Origin: Acidobacteriota bacterium
GTDB lineage: Bacteria; Acidobacteriota; UBA6911; RPQK01; JAJDTT01
Assembly: GCA_965217775.1 (NCBI GenBank)
Contig: CBDCJH010000002.1
Coordinates: 3,360,001-3,424,000, forward strand
DNA length: 64,000 bases
Reading direction: 5' to 3'
Below the pieces are notes generated by a model. It made no database searches, had not been told where the DNA came from, and worked only from the letters and a program-made list of their open reading frames with translations. This document shows, piece by piece, positions 39,802 through 48,479 of this stretch; within the stretch, counting starts at the first letter, position 1; each line of letters opens with the position of its first letter. Both the position numbers and the translations under genes were made by a program.

Positions 39802-42387
39802 ATGACGGAAATGCTAATCATGGATCCATGGGGAAAGTTCCAATCCCCCAACAACTTCCATCGTCTTGAGCATCATTGCGCGGATGTCGCGGCTTGTTTT
39901 GAAGCACTGGTTCGCGATCCCGTAATGCACTCTCGGTTCAAGCAGGCATCAGGTGTCGACGAGTTCTCGGTCACGACGGCAGCCCGTTTGGCCGTGCTGG
40001 TATTCCTGCACGATTTCGGCAAGTTGAACACTGGTTTTCAGTTCCAGGTATACGACCGTAGAGAGTTTCCCGGCGCGCCGCGGAAGTCCGGTCATATCGG
40101 CGAGGCCTTGCTGGCACCGAACGAGATCCTTGAGAGGCTTGGTCTTTTCGAGATCTTCGATTCCTGGGGAAACGCCGTGGATCCATTGCTTTGCGCGGCA
40201 CTTTCTCACCACGGGCGTCCCGCGCGCAGACCGACGCGTACCGGGACTGGTCCCCCGGAGATCTGGAAGCCTTTTTCCGGCTACGACCCAAGATCCGCCG
40301 CCACTCGGTTGCGTGAGCGGAGCCGCGCTTGGTTCCCACATGCGTTCCGGAATGGTCCCGAGTTACCCGATACCCCCGCGTTGGCGCATCTGTTTGCCGG
40401 GGTCGTCACCCTCGCGGATCAGATCGGATCGAACGAAGAATTTTTCAGATTTGTGCCCCATTCCGATCGACACTATATCGACCGGGCCCGCGATATCGCG
40501 GCCAGAGCGGTCGAAGAATTGGGTTTCCACCGAGCCGACCGGCCCCAGAATGCTCCGCCCACCGACATTCGAATACTCTTCGAATACGAAGAACCGCGCC
40601 CGTCGCAGAGCGCCGTGACCGATGCGCCGCTCGATACTCCGCTCCTGATCCTGGAGAGTGAAACCGGATCCGGGAAGACTGAGGCCGCGATCCTTCGTTT
40701 CGCCGCCCTCTGGCGCCGGGGACTCGTGGACGGGCTGTACTTTGCCGTGCCGACCCGCGCGGCAGCGAAACAACTGCACATTCGGATCTCCCGGGGTCTT
40801 GCGCGGCTCTTCACGGAAAACCGACAGGTGGAGACGGTCCTCGCGGTCCCAGGCTATCTCGTCGTCGGAACTGCCGAGGGGCGCCGGGTCGGCAGGTTCG
40901 ACGTGTTCTGGGAGGATAAACCTGACGAGGCGGCGCGCCTGGCGCGCTGGTCCGCGGAGAGCGCTCGAAAATTTCTGAGCGCCACCGCGGCGGTCGGGAC
41001 GGTCGATCAAGCGCTGCTTGGAGGGCTGAAGGTGAAGTGGGCTCATTTCCGTGCGGCTTCCCTGGCACGCAGCCTTCTCGTTGTGGACGAGGTGCATGCC
41101 AGCGACGCGTATATGACGGAAATTCTGCGCACCTTGCTCCAAGGACATCTGGATCTCGGCGGACACGCGCTCCTGATGTCGGCCACTCTCGGCGCCGTAG
41201 CTCGGACGAAGCTTGCAACAAGGGGACGAACCTGTCTTCCACCTCCCGCCGATGCGCAAGCTGTTCCGTATCCGGTGCTCACGCTCGCCGATGAAAGCGG
41301 TTCGCTCGAGACGCGACAGATCATTGGAGGCCAGTCGACTAGACGCGTGTCGATGAACCTGGAGCCGATCCTGGAGGATCCGACCGATATCGCAGTCCGC
41401 GCCATTGAGGCGGCTCGGCACGGGGCCAAGGTTCTCGTGGTTCGCAACACGGTCACCAGCGCTCAGGATGTTTTCCGGGCGCTCCTGGATCAGGGTGTTG
41501 GAGAAATCGCGTTGAGTGTAGCGGGAAATCCTGCTCTGCATCACAGTCGTTTCGCGGCTGAGGACCGAGCGTTGCTCGACGACGCCGTCGAGCGCGTTCT
41601 GGGAAAGAATCGCATCTCCAGGGGCGCGGTGGTCATCGGCACCCAGACCCTTGAACAGTCTCTCGACATTGACGCCGACCTCCTCATCTCGGACATTTGT
41701 CCGGTCGATGTCCTTCTCCAGCGGATCGGACGCCTGCATCGGCACCAGAGGGCCGATCGGCCACAAGACTTCAGGAAACCCATTTGCGTGGTGGTCACGC
41801 CGGAGGCGGGACTGGAGAGTGGGCTGGACGGAAGGCTCCTCCGCCATGGGCTGGGCGTCTCGGAACAGGGCGGCGTCTACCGCAACCTGCTCGTGCTTGA
41901 GGCAACGCGACGACTCATCTCCGAACACTCGATTTGGGCCATCCCTGGCATGAACAGGATGTTGGTGGAGGGTGCGACCCATCCCGAACTGTTGCGCGAA
42001 TTGGCGGAAACTCTCGGCGGCGATTGGCTGTCTCACGAGCAGAAGGCTTTCGGTCTAATCGCGGCGGAGGCAGGGGTTGGCCGGAACCATTCGTTCACCC
42101 GCAAGGAAAGGTTCAACGAGCGATTTTTGTTTTCCGATATAGACGAAAATGTACGGACTCGACTGGGCGACGACGGTCCGCGCATCGTGCTCGAGGGTCC
42201 CGTGACAGGTCCGTTCGGTAAACTCGTCCGGACCTTCGCTTTACCGGCGCACCTGTTCCGAGGATCCTTGCCGAATAAGGAGGAGATCGAAGCCGCCCGG
42301 GCCGTGCCGGGAAAGGACGAACTACTTCTGCTGGTCGGCGAACATCGGTTCGTATACGACCGGACCGGGATTCGAAGGAGGAGTTGA
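39802..42387 (+). CDS. cas3: CRISPR-associated helicase/nuclease Cas3 (type I-E)
   Basis: HD domain (LEHHCADV, LHDFGK); ETGSGKTE, DEVH, SAT, QRIGRLHRH. Confidence 0.95.
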   Translation: MTEMLIMDPWGKFQSPNNFHRLEHHCADVAACFEALVRDPVMHSRFKQASGVDEFSVTTAARLAVLVFLHDFGKLNTGFQFQVYDRREFPGAPRKSGHIGEALLAPNEILERLGLFEIFDSWGNAVDPLLCAALSHHGRPARRPTRTGTGPPEIWKPFSGYDPRSAATRLRERSRAWFPHAFRNGPELPDTPALAHLFAGVVTLADQIGSNEEFFRFVPHSDRHYIDRARDIAARAVEELGFHRADRPQNAPPTDIRILFEYEEPRPSQSAVTDAPLDTPLLILESETGSGKTEAAILRFAALWRRGLVDGLYFAVPTRAAAKQLHIRISRGLARLFTENRQVETVLAVPGYLVVGTAEGRRVGRFDVFWEDKPDEAARLARWSAESARKFLSATAAVGTVDQALLGGLKVKWAHFRAASLARSLLVVDEVHASDAYMTEILRTLLQGHLDLGGHALLMSATLGAVARTKLATRGRTCLPPPADAQAVPYPVLTLADESGSLETRQIIGGQSTRRVSMNLEPILEDPTDIAVRAIEAARHGAKVLVVRNTVTSAQDVFRALLDQGVGEIALSVAGNPALHHSRFAAEDRALLDDAVERVLGKNRISRGAVVIGTQTLEQSLDIDADLLISDICPVDVLLQRIGRLHRHQRADRPQDFRKPICVVVTPEAGLESGLDGRLLRHGLGVSEQGGVYRNLLVLEATRRLISEHSIWAIPGMNRMLVEGATHPELLRELAETLGGDWLSHEQKAFGLIAAEAGVGRNHSFTRKERFNERFLFSDIDENVRTRLGDDGPRIVLEGPVTGPFGKLVRTFALPAHLFRGSLPNKEEIEAARAVPGKDELLLLVGEHRFVYDRTGIRRRS

Positions 42388-42470
42388 CCGAACTTGCCAC
42401 ACAAAGAACTAGGGGCCGAACGTTACCGTTCCCCCTCCCCAGCGGGATGGGGACTACGAAACAATATCCC

Positions 42471-44054
42471 ATGCATAACCTCCTCTTTGACCCACTGATC
42501 CGAGTTCGCTTGACGGACGGCACAATCGAAGCGATGTCGTTACCCGACGTGTATGCAGCCTTGTCGGAAGACCGAGTCGCGGCCTTTCCTGCACTGCGGC
42601 CTCATCAACGCCACGCTTGGCATGCCTTCCTGGCCCAACTCGGTGTGATTGCGTTGCACGGAGCAGGCGAAGACACGCCGCCTCATACGGCGGCGGACTG
42701 GCGTGTGCTTTTTTGGGACCTGACGCCGGAGTTCGGCAATGAGGAACCCTGGCGGCTGATCGTCAATGACCCGGCTCGACCCGCCTTCATGCAGTCCCCC
42801 TCACCCGGGGGGTTCGACGACTATCGACGTCGCATAGTGACGCCCGACGACCTCGATATTCTGGTCACGGCGAAGAATCATGACGTTAAACAGACAATCG
42901 CCACTGGGGCATCGATCGACGACTGGATCTTCGCGTTGATCGATCTCCAGACCATGGCCGGCTTTCAGGGTGCCGGAAACTATGGCATCGCCCGTATGAA
43001 CGGTGGGTTTTCTGCGCGACCTTGCCTGGGCCTCGCCCCGGCTGACGGGGGTCCGGGTGCGCATTTCCTCCACGATTTGACCCGGATGCTCGCCGGTCGA
43101 GAAGCGTTGCTCCGAGACTACTCCGATTATTTCGATCCGGAGTTCGGGCTGCGGTTGATTTGGCTGGAGCCATGGGACGGCACCAGTTCCCTGGACTTGC
43201 GCAACCTGGACCCGTACTTCATTGAAATCTGCCGCCGGCTGCGGCTTCGACTGAACGGAAGTGAGGTGGTTGCCTGGATGGCGACGTCCAAGGTGAATCG
43301 CATCGCAGCCAAACAAGCACACGGTAGTCTTGGCGATTTCTGGACTCCGGTGGAAAGGAAAAACGGCAAGGCCCTATCTCTCTCGCAGGTTGGCTTTCGC
43401 TACGACCGACTTGCCAAGCTGCTTTTCGATGATGCTACGTTCAAACCTCCTCCGGCGATGGAGGTCTCCTCATCCCGGCCAGGACGGTGGCGGGTGATCG
43501 CGCGCGGTGTCGCCGGCGGGCAAGGCAAGACGGACGGGTACCACGAGCGCAACGACATCGCCTTCGACCCGACGACCGTGGGGGCCATGTTCAATCGTCG
43601 GCGACGAGACGTCCTGGCGCAGATTGCAGAGGCGCAGGTCGAAGAAATTCGGGAAGTGGAAAAGGCACTACGGTTCAGTGTCGCCGTGGCCGCCAGCGGT
43701 GGCAAGAACACCAGTGAACTCACCAAGACGGACAGAGCGCACGCCAATCCCTTCGCACGCCGCTTGGACGGCGCAGCGGACGCACAGTTCTTCTCCGCCC
43801 TCGAAAGCCGGTTCCACGCCGCAGACAGCAAGGCGGCCCGTGCCAGCCGCGTGGGGTTCGCGCGCCGTATGATCGCCGAAGCAAGGAAACTCCTGGACGA
43901 GGCGATCGAAACCGTTCCCTGTCCGGCGATCCGGCGCCATCGGGCACGAGCGCGGGGGATCAATGCGTTTTGGGGACGGCTCCGCCGACCGCAGAGCGTG
44001 TTCAGCGATCAACCCGAAATCTTCAACTCGAAGGAATCGAACGATGCCGCCTGA
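42471..44054 (+). CDS. casA: type I-E Cascade large subunit Cas8e/Cse1
   Basis: HNLLFDPLIRV start; LDPYFIEICRRLRL; operon position. Confidence 0.85.
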   Translation: MHNLLFDPLIRVRLTDGTIEAMSLPDVYAALSEDRVAAFPALRPHQRHAWHAFLAQLGVIALHGAGEDTPPHTAADWRVLFWDLTPEFGNEEPWRLIVNDPARPAFMQSPSPGGFDDYRRRIVTPDDLDILVTAKNHDVKQTIATGASIDDWIFALIDLQTMAGFQGAGNYGIARMNGGFSARPCLGLAPADGGPGAHFLHDLTRMLAGREALLRDYSDYFDPEFGLRLIWLEPWDGTSSLDLRNLDPYFIEICRRLRLRLNGSEVVAWMATSKVNRIAAKQAHGSLGDFWTPVERKNGKALSLSQVGFRYDRLAKLLFDDATFKPPPAMEVSSSRPGRWRVIARGVAGGQGKTDGYHERNDIAFDPTTVGAMFNRRRRDVLAQIAEAQVEEIREVEKALRFSVAVAASGGKNTSELTKTDRAHANPFARRLDGAADAQFFSALESRFHAADSKAARASRVGFARRMIAEARKLLDEAIETVPCPAIRRHRARARGINAFWGRLRRPQSVFSDQPEIFNSKESNDAA

Positions 44055-44616
44055 TGAAATGTTTCCGGCCACGGACAAAACGAGCGATACACCAGATCTC
44101 AGGCGCGTCATTCCCATGATCGCGGTCGAGATCGCTCGACTCGGGCCGGGACCGGCCGCAGCTCTACGTCGAGGTCCTCTCTCTGGCCCCGGAGCGGCCG
44201 CATTCTGGAAACTGACGGCGAGATACGTTCCCAGCGAGGCGGCGAAGAACGAATACGGATGGGCTGCGCTCATCCAGGCGATTACGATCTTGACACCGAA
44301 GGGGCGAGATCCAAACAAGAAATCGGCGCACGATCCCCGGGTGCCCTTGGGTAGAGCGCTGTACAAGTCAGTGTTCTCCGAGTTGCGCCTGGCCCGACTG
44401 CTCGGGGCGACCACGGAGCTGCGCCGACTGCTTGCGGTACGCGCCTGCCGACGCATGGCGGCCGCTGGACAGAACCGCTTTGATCTCGTGACTCTGGCCT
44501 TTTTCATCCTGTTCGGCGATGACCAGACAGACCGTAGAATCGCCCGTCACTACTACCGCACCGAAGCCACCGCCGGGCGCGAATCTCAAAAGGAGGAGGG
44601 CTCCACCGATGCCTGA
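44044..44616 (+). CDS. casB: type I-E small subunit Cas11/Cse2
   Basis: GPAAALRR, SELRLARLL, RIARHYY. Confidence 0.85.
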   Translation: MPPDEMFPATDKTSDTPDLRRVIPMIAVEIARLGPGPAAALRRGPLSGPGAAAFWKLTARYVPSEAAKNEYGWAALIQAITILTPKGRDPNKKSAHDPRVPLGRALYKSVFSELRLARLLGATTELRRLLAVRACRRMAAAGQNRFDLVTLAFFILFGDDQTDRRIARHYYRTEATAGRESQKEEGSTDA

Positions 44617-45745
44617 CGTTCGCTTTCTCCAAATTCACAGTCTGCATGGCTATTCGGCTGTGCTGCTGAACCGCGACGACTCCGGTCTCGCAAAACGCAT
44701 TACCTACGGCGGCACCATCCGCACCCGTGTGTCGTCGCAGTGCCTCAAGCGTCACTGGCGAACGGCCGATAGCGTCCACGCCCTGCAACGAATTGAGGGC
44801 GCCATCGCTGCAGTCCGTTCCCGGGAAACCGTCACCCGCCGAGTGATCGGGCCACTTGAGAATGCCGGTCACGATCCCGAATTGGTCACGGCGATAGAAA
44901 CCGCATTTCAGACCGCCGTTTACGGCGACAAGGGTGACAAGAGATCGAAGCGGCAACCTCTTCTGCTCGGTGAACCGGAAATCGCCTATCTTGCCGATGA
45001 AGCTCGCAAGATCGCGGACTCTCACATGCGAGATCCAAAAGCGGCTGGGGCCGCAGCAAAGGAGTGGGCCAAGAAGTCAAAGGCGAACATGAAAACTCTG
45101 CGCGATAATTGCTCGCTACCGGGCGGCATCATCGCCGCCTTGTTCGGCCGGATGGTGACGTCGGATGTCGAGGCCAATATCGATGCGGCGATCCATGTCG
45201 CTCACGCCTTCACCGTTCACGCGGAAGAGAGTGAGAGCGACTACTTCACCGTGGTCGACGATCTGCATCGCATCGAAGATGACGCCGGAGCCGACCACAT
45301 TGGCGAGACTGAACTGACCTCCGGTCTCTTTTACGGTTACGTCGTCGTCGACCGAGGAATGCTGCTCGAAAATCTCGGGGGCGACCTCGAAATGGCGGAA
45401 GAGGTCGTGGAACGGCTGATCCATTTGATCGCCACCGTCACGCCGGGAGCGAAGCTGGGAGCCACTGCCCCTTACGGGTATGCGTGTTGGATGATGGTCG
45501 AGACCGGCGACCGGCAGCCGCGCAGCTTGGCCGAGGCGTTTCGGCAACGCTGCCGGCCTGACATCAGCGAGGCCCAAAAAAAGGTGAGCCAACATCTGGA
45601 AAAGCTCGACGCAGCGTATGAAACCGGTGAATCGCGGCGGCTGATGAGCCTCGACACGGAGGCATTCATGCCCGGGGCAGAACGGCTCCCATTGGCGAAG
45701 CTTGCCAAATGGACTGGAACCGCAACGCGAGAGGGTGTCGCGTAA
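44609..45745 (+). CDS. cas7: type I-E Cas7
   Basis: LNRDDSG..K, RVSSQCLKRHWR, ALFGRM, DYFTVVDD. Confidence 0.95.
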   Translation: MPDVRFLQIHSLHGYSAVLLNRDDSGLAKRITYGGTIRTRVSSQCLKRHWRTADSVHALQRIEGAIAAVRSRETVTRRVIGPLENAGHDPELVTAIETAFQTAVYGDKGDKRSKRQPLLLGEPEIAYLADEARKIADSHMRDPKAAGAAAKEWAKKSKANMKTLRDNCSLPGGIIAALFGRMVTSDVEANIDAAIHVAHAFTVHAEESESDYFTVVDDLHRIEDDAGADHIGETELTSGLFYGYVVVDRGMLLENLGGDLEMAEEVVERLIHLIATVTPGAKLGATAPYGYACWMMVETGDRQPRSLAEAFRQRCRPDISEAQKKVSQHLEKLDAAYETGESRRLMSLDTEAFMPGAERLPLAKLAKWTGTATREGVA

Positions 45746-46461
45746 TGCGGTGGATGCATCTGCGGTTTCGTGCGCCGCTCGCGGCCTTCGGCGGTGAGGC
45801 GATCGACGCCCGCGGCGTGACTCGGAACTTTCCGGCTCAATCCATGCTGACCGGCCTGCTGGCCAACGCCCTCGGCTGGACGCGATCAATGCGCGGGGAG
45901 CATCAATCGCTGCAGGACCGCATCGTGTTCGCTACGTTGTGGGAGCGAGACCTCGGACTGAGCCGGATGACGGACTATCAGACGGCACAGCTCGGCAAGA
46001 AGGATCGAGCCTGGACCACCCGCGGCATGCCGCTTGGGAGAGCCGGCGGACCTGCGACTTATGCCGGGTCGCACCAGCGATGGCGCGATTACCACACTGA
46101 CCTGCGTTTGGCCGTAGTGCTGCGGCTTGAGCCCGCCGACGCATCGCCCACCCTGGAGGATCTGGCGAAGGCGCTCGACCGACCCTCACGGCCGTTGTTC
46201 ATCGGGCGCAAGTCTTGCTTGCCGTCCGCGCCGATCTTCACCGGTTGGGTGACACAAGCGGTTGATGCCCGGGCCGCCCTGCGGGCGGTCGCCCCGAAGG
46301 GAGATTCTGGTCTGCTCGCGTTCTGGCCCGAATCCGAGGGCACCCGCGGCGCTCACCGGACGATGAGTGTTACCGACGAGCGAAACTGGGCGAGCGGACT
46401 CCATGGCGGCGGGCGTCGTTTGTGCGAGGGCCGGCTCACCCCGGCGAGAAACGAGAAATGA
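45745..46461 (+). CDS. cas5: type I-E Cas5
   Basis: LRFRAPLAAFG, SMLTGLLANALG, DYQT, LFIGRKSC. Confidence 0.95.
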   Translation: MRWMHLRFRAPLAAFGGEAIDARGVTRNFPAQSMLTGLLANALGWTRSMRGEHQSLQDRIVFATLWERDLGLSRMTDYQTAQLGKKDRAWTTRGMPLGRAGGPATYAGSHQRWRDYHTDLRLAVVLRLEPADASPTLEDLAKALDRPSRPLFIGRKSCLPSAPIFTGWVTQAVDARAALRAVAPKGDSGLLAFWPESEGTRGAHRTMSVTDERNWASGLHGGGRRLCEGRLTPARNEK

Positions 46462-47243
46462 CGACTCATCTGATTTACGCGTTCCTCAGTATGCGAGCAT
46501 TCAACCGGTGGGCCGGCAACCGCGGGCTCATGCGCCACGGCTCATTCGACGAGGGCTATGCCCTTCACGTCCTTCTGTCCGCCATGTTCGGGAAGGCCGT
46601 CGTACAGCCGTTTCGACTATTTGCGTCTCCGCGGCGAATTGGTGCCGCGCTCTACGCCTATTCCGATGTGGACGCGGACGAGTTACGCAAGACGGCGGAA
46701 GCTGTGGCACCTCCGGACTGCCTTGCTGTGATCGATTGGCGGCAGATTCGATCGAAGCCTATGCCGTCCCCCTTTGAGACCTGTCGGCAGCTCGGTTTCG
46801 ATGTCCGGGTGCGGCCTGTGCGTCGGCTACGGCACGATCTCATGGATCCGCAGTCCAACCGGCTGATCTCGAAGGGCTCGGAGGTGGATGCGTTCAAGCT
46901 GCAAGCAATGCGACGGTTCCCGAACGGATGGGCTGATCCTCATAAGGCGGCTTCGAAGAACGGAATCAGGCGCGAGTCGGTCTACTCCGGCTGGCTCAGC
47001 GAACGGTTCGGCGATGCGGTCGCCATCGAGCACTGCAAGTTGGTGGCGTTCAAGCGAAGTCGTGTGGTTCGCGGCAAGGGCCGTGGTCCGGAGGGGCCGG
47101 ATGCGACCCTGCACGGAACACTTGCCGTTTCAAAACCAACGGATTTCAGCCGGATCTTGCGGAAAGGTGTCGGACGTCACCGCGCCTACGGATACGGCAT
47201 GTTGCTTCTGCGGCCACCAAAGACAGAAGGGCACACCCAGTGA
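46458..47243 (+). CDS. cas6e: type I-E Cas6e/Cse3
   Basis: GYALH; C-terminal GVGRHRAYGYGMLLL glycine-rich loop. Confidence 0.92.
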   Translation: MTTHLIYAFLSMRAFNRWAGNRGLMRHGSFDEGYALHVLLSAMFGKAVVQPFRLFASPRRIGAALYAYSDVDADELRKTAEAVAPPDCLAVIDWRQIRSKPMPSPFETCRQLGFDVRVRPVRRLRHDLMDPQSNRLISKGSEVDAFKLQAMRRFPNGWADPHKAASKNGIRRESVYSGWLSERFGDAVAIEHCKLVAFKRSRVVRGKGRGPEGPDATLHGTLAVSKPTDFSRILRKGVGRHRAYGYGMLLLRPPKTEGHTQ

Positions 47244-48130
47244 TGCTGAAAGGACGTCTCGGCCTTGAAACTGCCCGGATCCCGCATGCGGATAGAGCTG
47301 GGCTGCTCTGGCTCTCCCGTGGCGCGCTGACCGCGCGAGACGGGACCCTGTCCTTTGAACGCGGCCGACAGGTTACAGAAAACAACCCTTTGGAACCGGG
47401 GCATTACGCCATTCCGTTTCAGGCCGTCTCGATGATACTCCTCGGCCCGGGATCCACGGTCAGTCATGATGCGCTGCGTCTATTGGCCCGTCACGGCACT
47501 GCCCTCGCGGCCGTCGGAGTGGATGGTGTCCGATGCTATACGGCTCCTCCATTGATGGCCGACCGGTCGGAACTCGCGCGACGACAGGTGCGCGCCTGGG
47601 CCGACTTGGATACTCGGCTCCAAATCGCCCGTCGGATGTACGCCTGGCGCCTGGGTGAGGTCCTACCTCGCCGCGACATCGCGGCGCTACGCGGCATGGA
47701 GGGGGCCAGGATGAAGCGAACATATAGGCTGATGGCGTCGAAATATGGTATCGAGTGGCGGGGACGGCGCTACGATCGGAAGCGTCCAATGGAGAACGAC
47801 TCACCGAACCAAGCGCTGAATCATGCGTCGAGCGCGGTGCAAGCCGCTGCCGCCATTGCCGTTGCCGCAACTGCGACGATTCCGCAATTGGGCTTCATCC
47901 ATGAACACCCGGGAGAGTCTTTCGTTCTGGACATCTCCGACCTCTACCGCGACGTTGTAACCGTTCCCTGTGCCTTCCGCGCAGCCAAGAGGGTCACGGA
48001 ACGACCAGCAGAGAATATTGAGCGGGTCACTCGACGTCTCACAGGGCAAGCGCTGGCCCGTGAAGGAATCATTCCCGCGATGATCAACCGGATCAAGGCC
48101 CTATTTACGAAACAGCCGAAAGGGAGGTGA
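47240..48130 (+). CDS. cas1: type I-E Cas1
   Basis: LLGPGSTVSH, LRGMEGARM, LGFIH, SFVLDISDLY. Confidence 0.95.
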   Translation: MMLKGRLGLETARIPHADRAGLLWLSRGALTARDGTLSFERGRQVTENNPLEPGHYAIPFQAVSMILLGPGSTVSHDALRLLARHGTALAAVGVDGVRCYTAPPLMADRSELARRQVRAWADLDTRLQIARRMYAWRLGEVLPRRDIAALRGMEGARMKRTYRLMASKYGIEWRGRRYDRKRPMENDSPNQALNHASSAVQAAAAIAVAATATIPQLGFIHEHPGESFVLDISDLYRDVVTVPCAFRAAKRVTERPAENIERVTRRLTGQALAREGIIPAMINRIKALFTKQPKGR

Positions 48131-48137
48131 AGGCACG

Positions 48138-48431
48138 ATGCCGATGGCGATGGTCGTCACCCGAAACGTCGAGGCTCGCTATCGCGGTTTCCTCGCCTCC
48201 ACCATGCTGGAAATTGCCCCAGGCATGTACGTGGCTCCGAACCTGACCGCCAGCGTGCGAACACGTGTATGGACCGTATTGTCGAAGTGGTGGGCGGCGC
48301 TCGGCTCGGGGTCGATCGTCATGGTGTGGCGGGACAGTAAAGCTACCGGTAATCTCCGCATCGAGACCCTTGGCGAACCCCCGAAAGAGATAGTGGACGC
48401 CGACGGAATCCTTCTCGTAAGACGCGGATGA
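48138..48431 (+). CDS. cas2: type I-E Cas2
   Basis: RGFLASTMLEIAPGMYV..VDADGILL. Confidence 0.93.
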   Translation: MPMAMVVTRNVEARYRGFLASTMLEIAPGMYVAPNLTASVRTRVWTVLSKWWAALGSGSIVMVWRDSKATGNLRIETLGEPPKEIVDADGILLVRRG

Positions 48432-48479
48432 CTGCGGCTCCGTTCGATCGACGTTCTTTGAAAATTTAAAAATACAAGG
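48432..48479 (+). promoter_or_regulatory. CRISPR leader (short, AT-rich)
   Basis: GTTCTTTGAAAATTTAAAAATACAA between cas2 and the first repeat. Confidence 0.75.

Noticed and set aside
39802-48431. Possible CAST or nuclease-fused Cascade variant
   Set aside because: Cas3 HD and helicase motifs are intact, subunit sizes are ordinary, and no tns/tniQ or HNH fusion is seen
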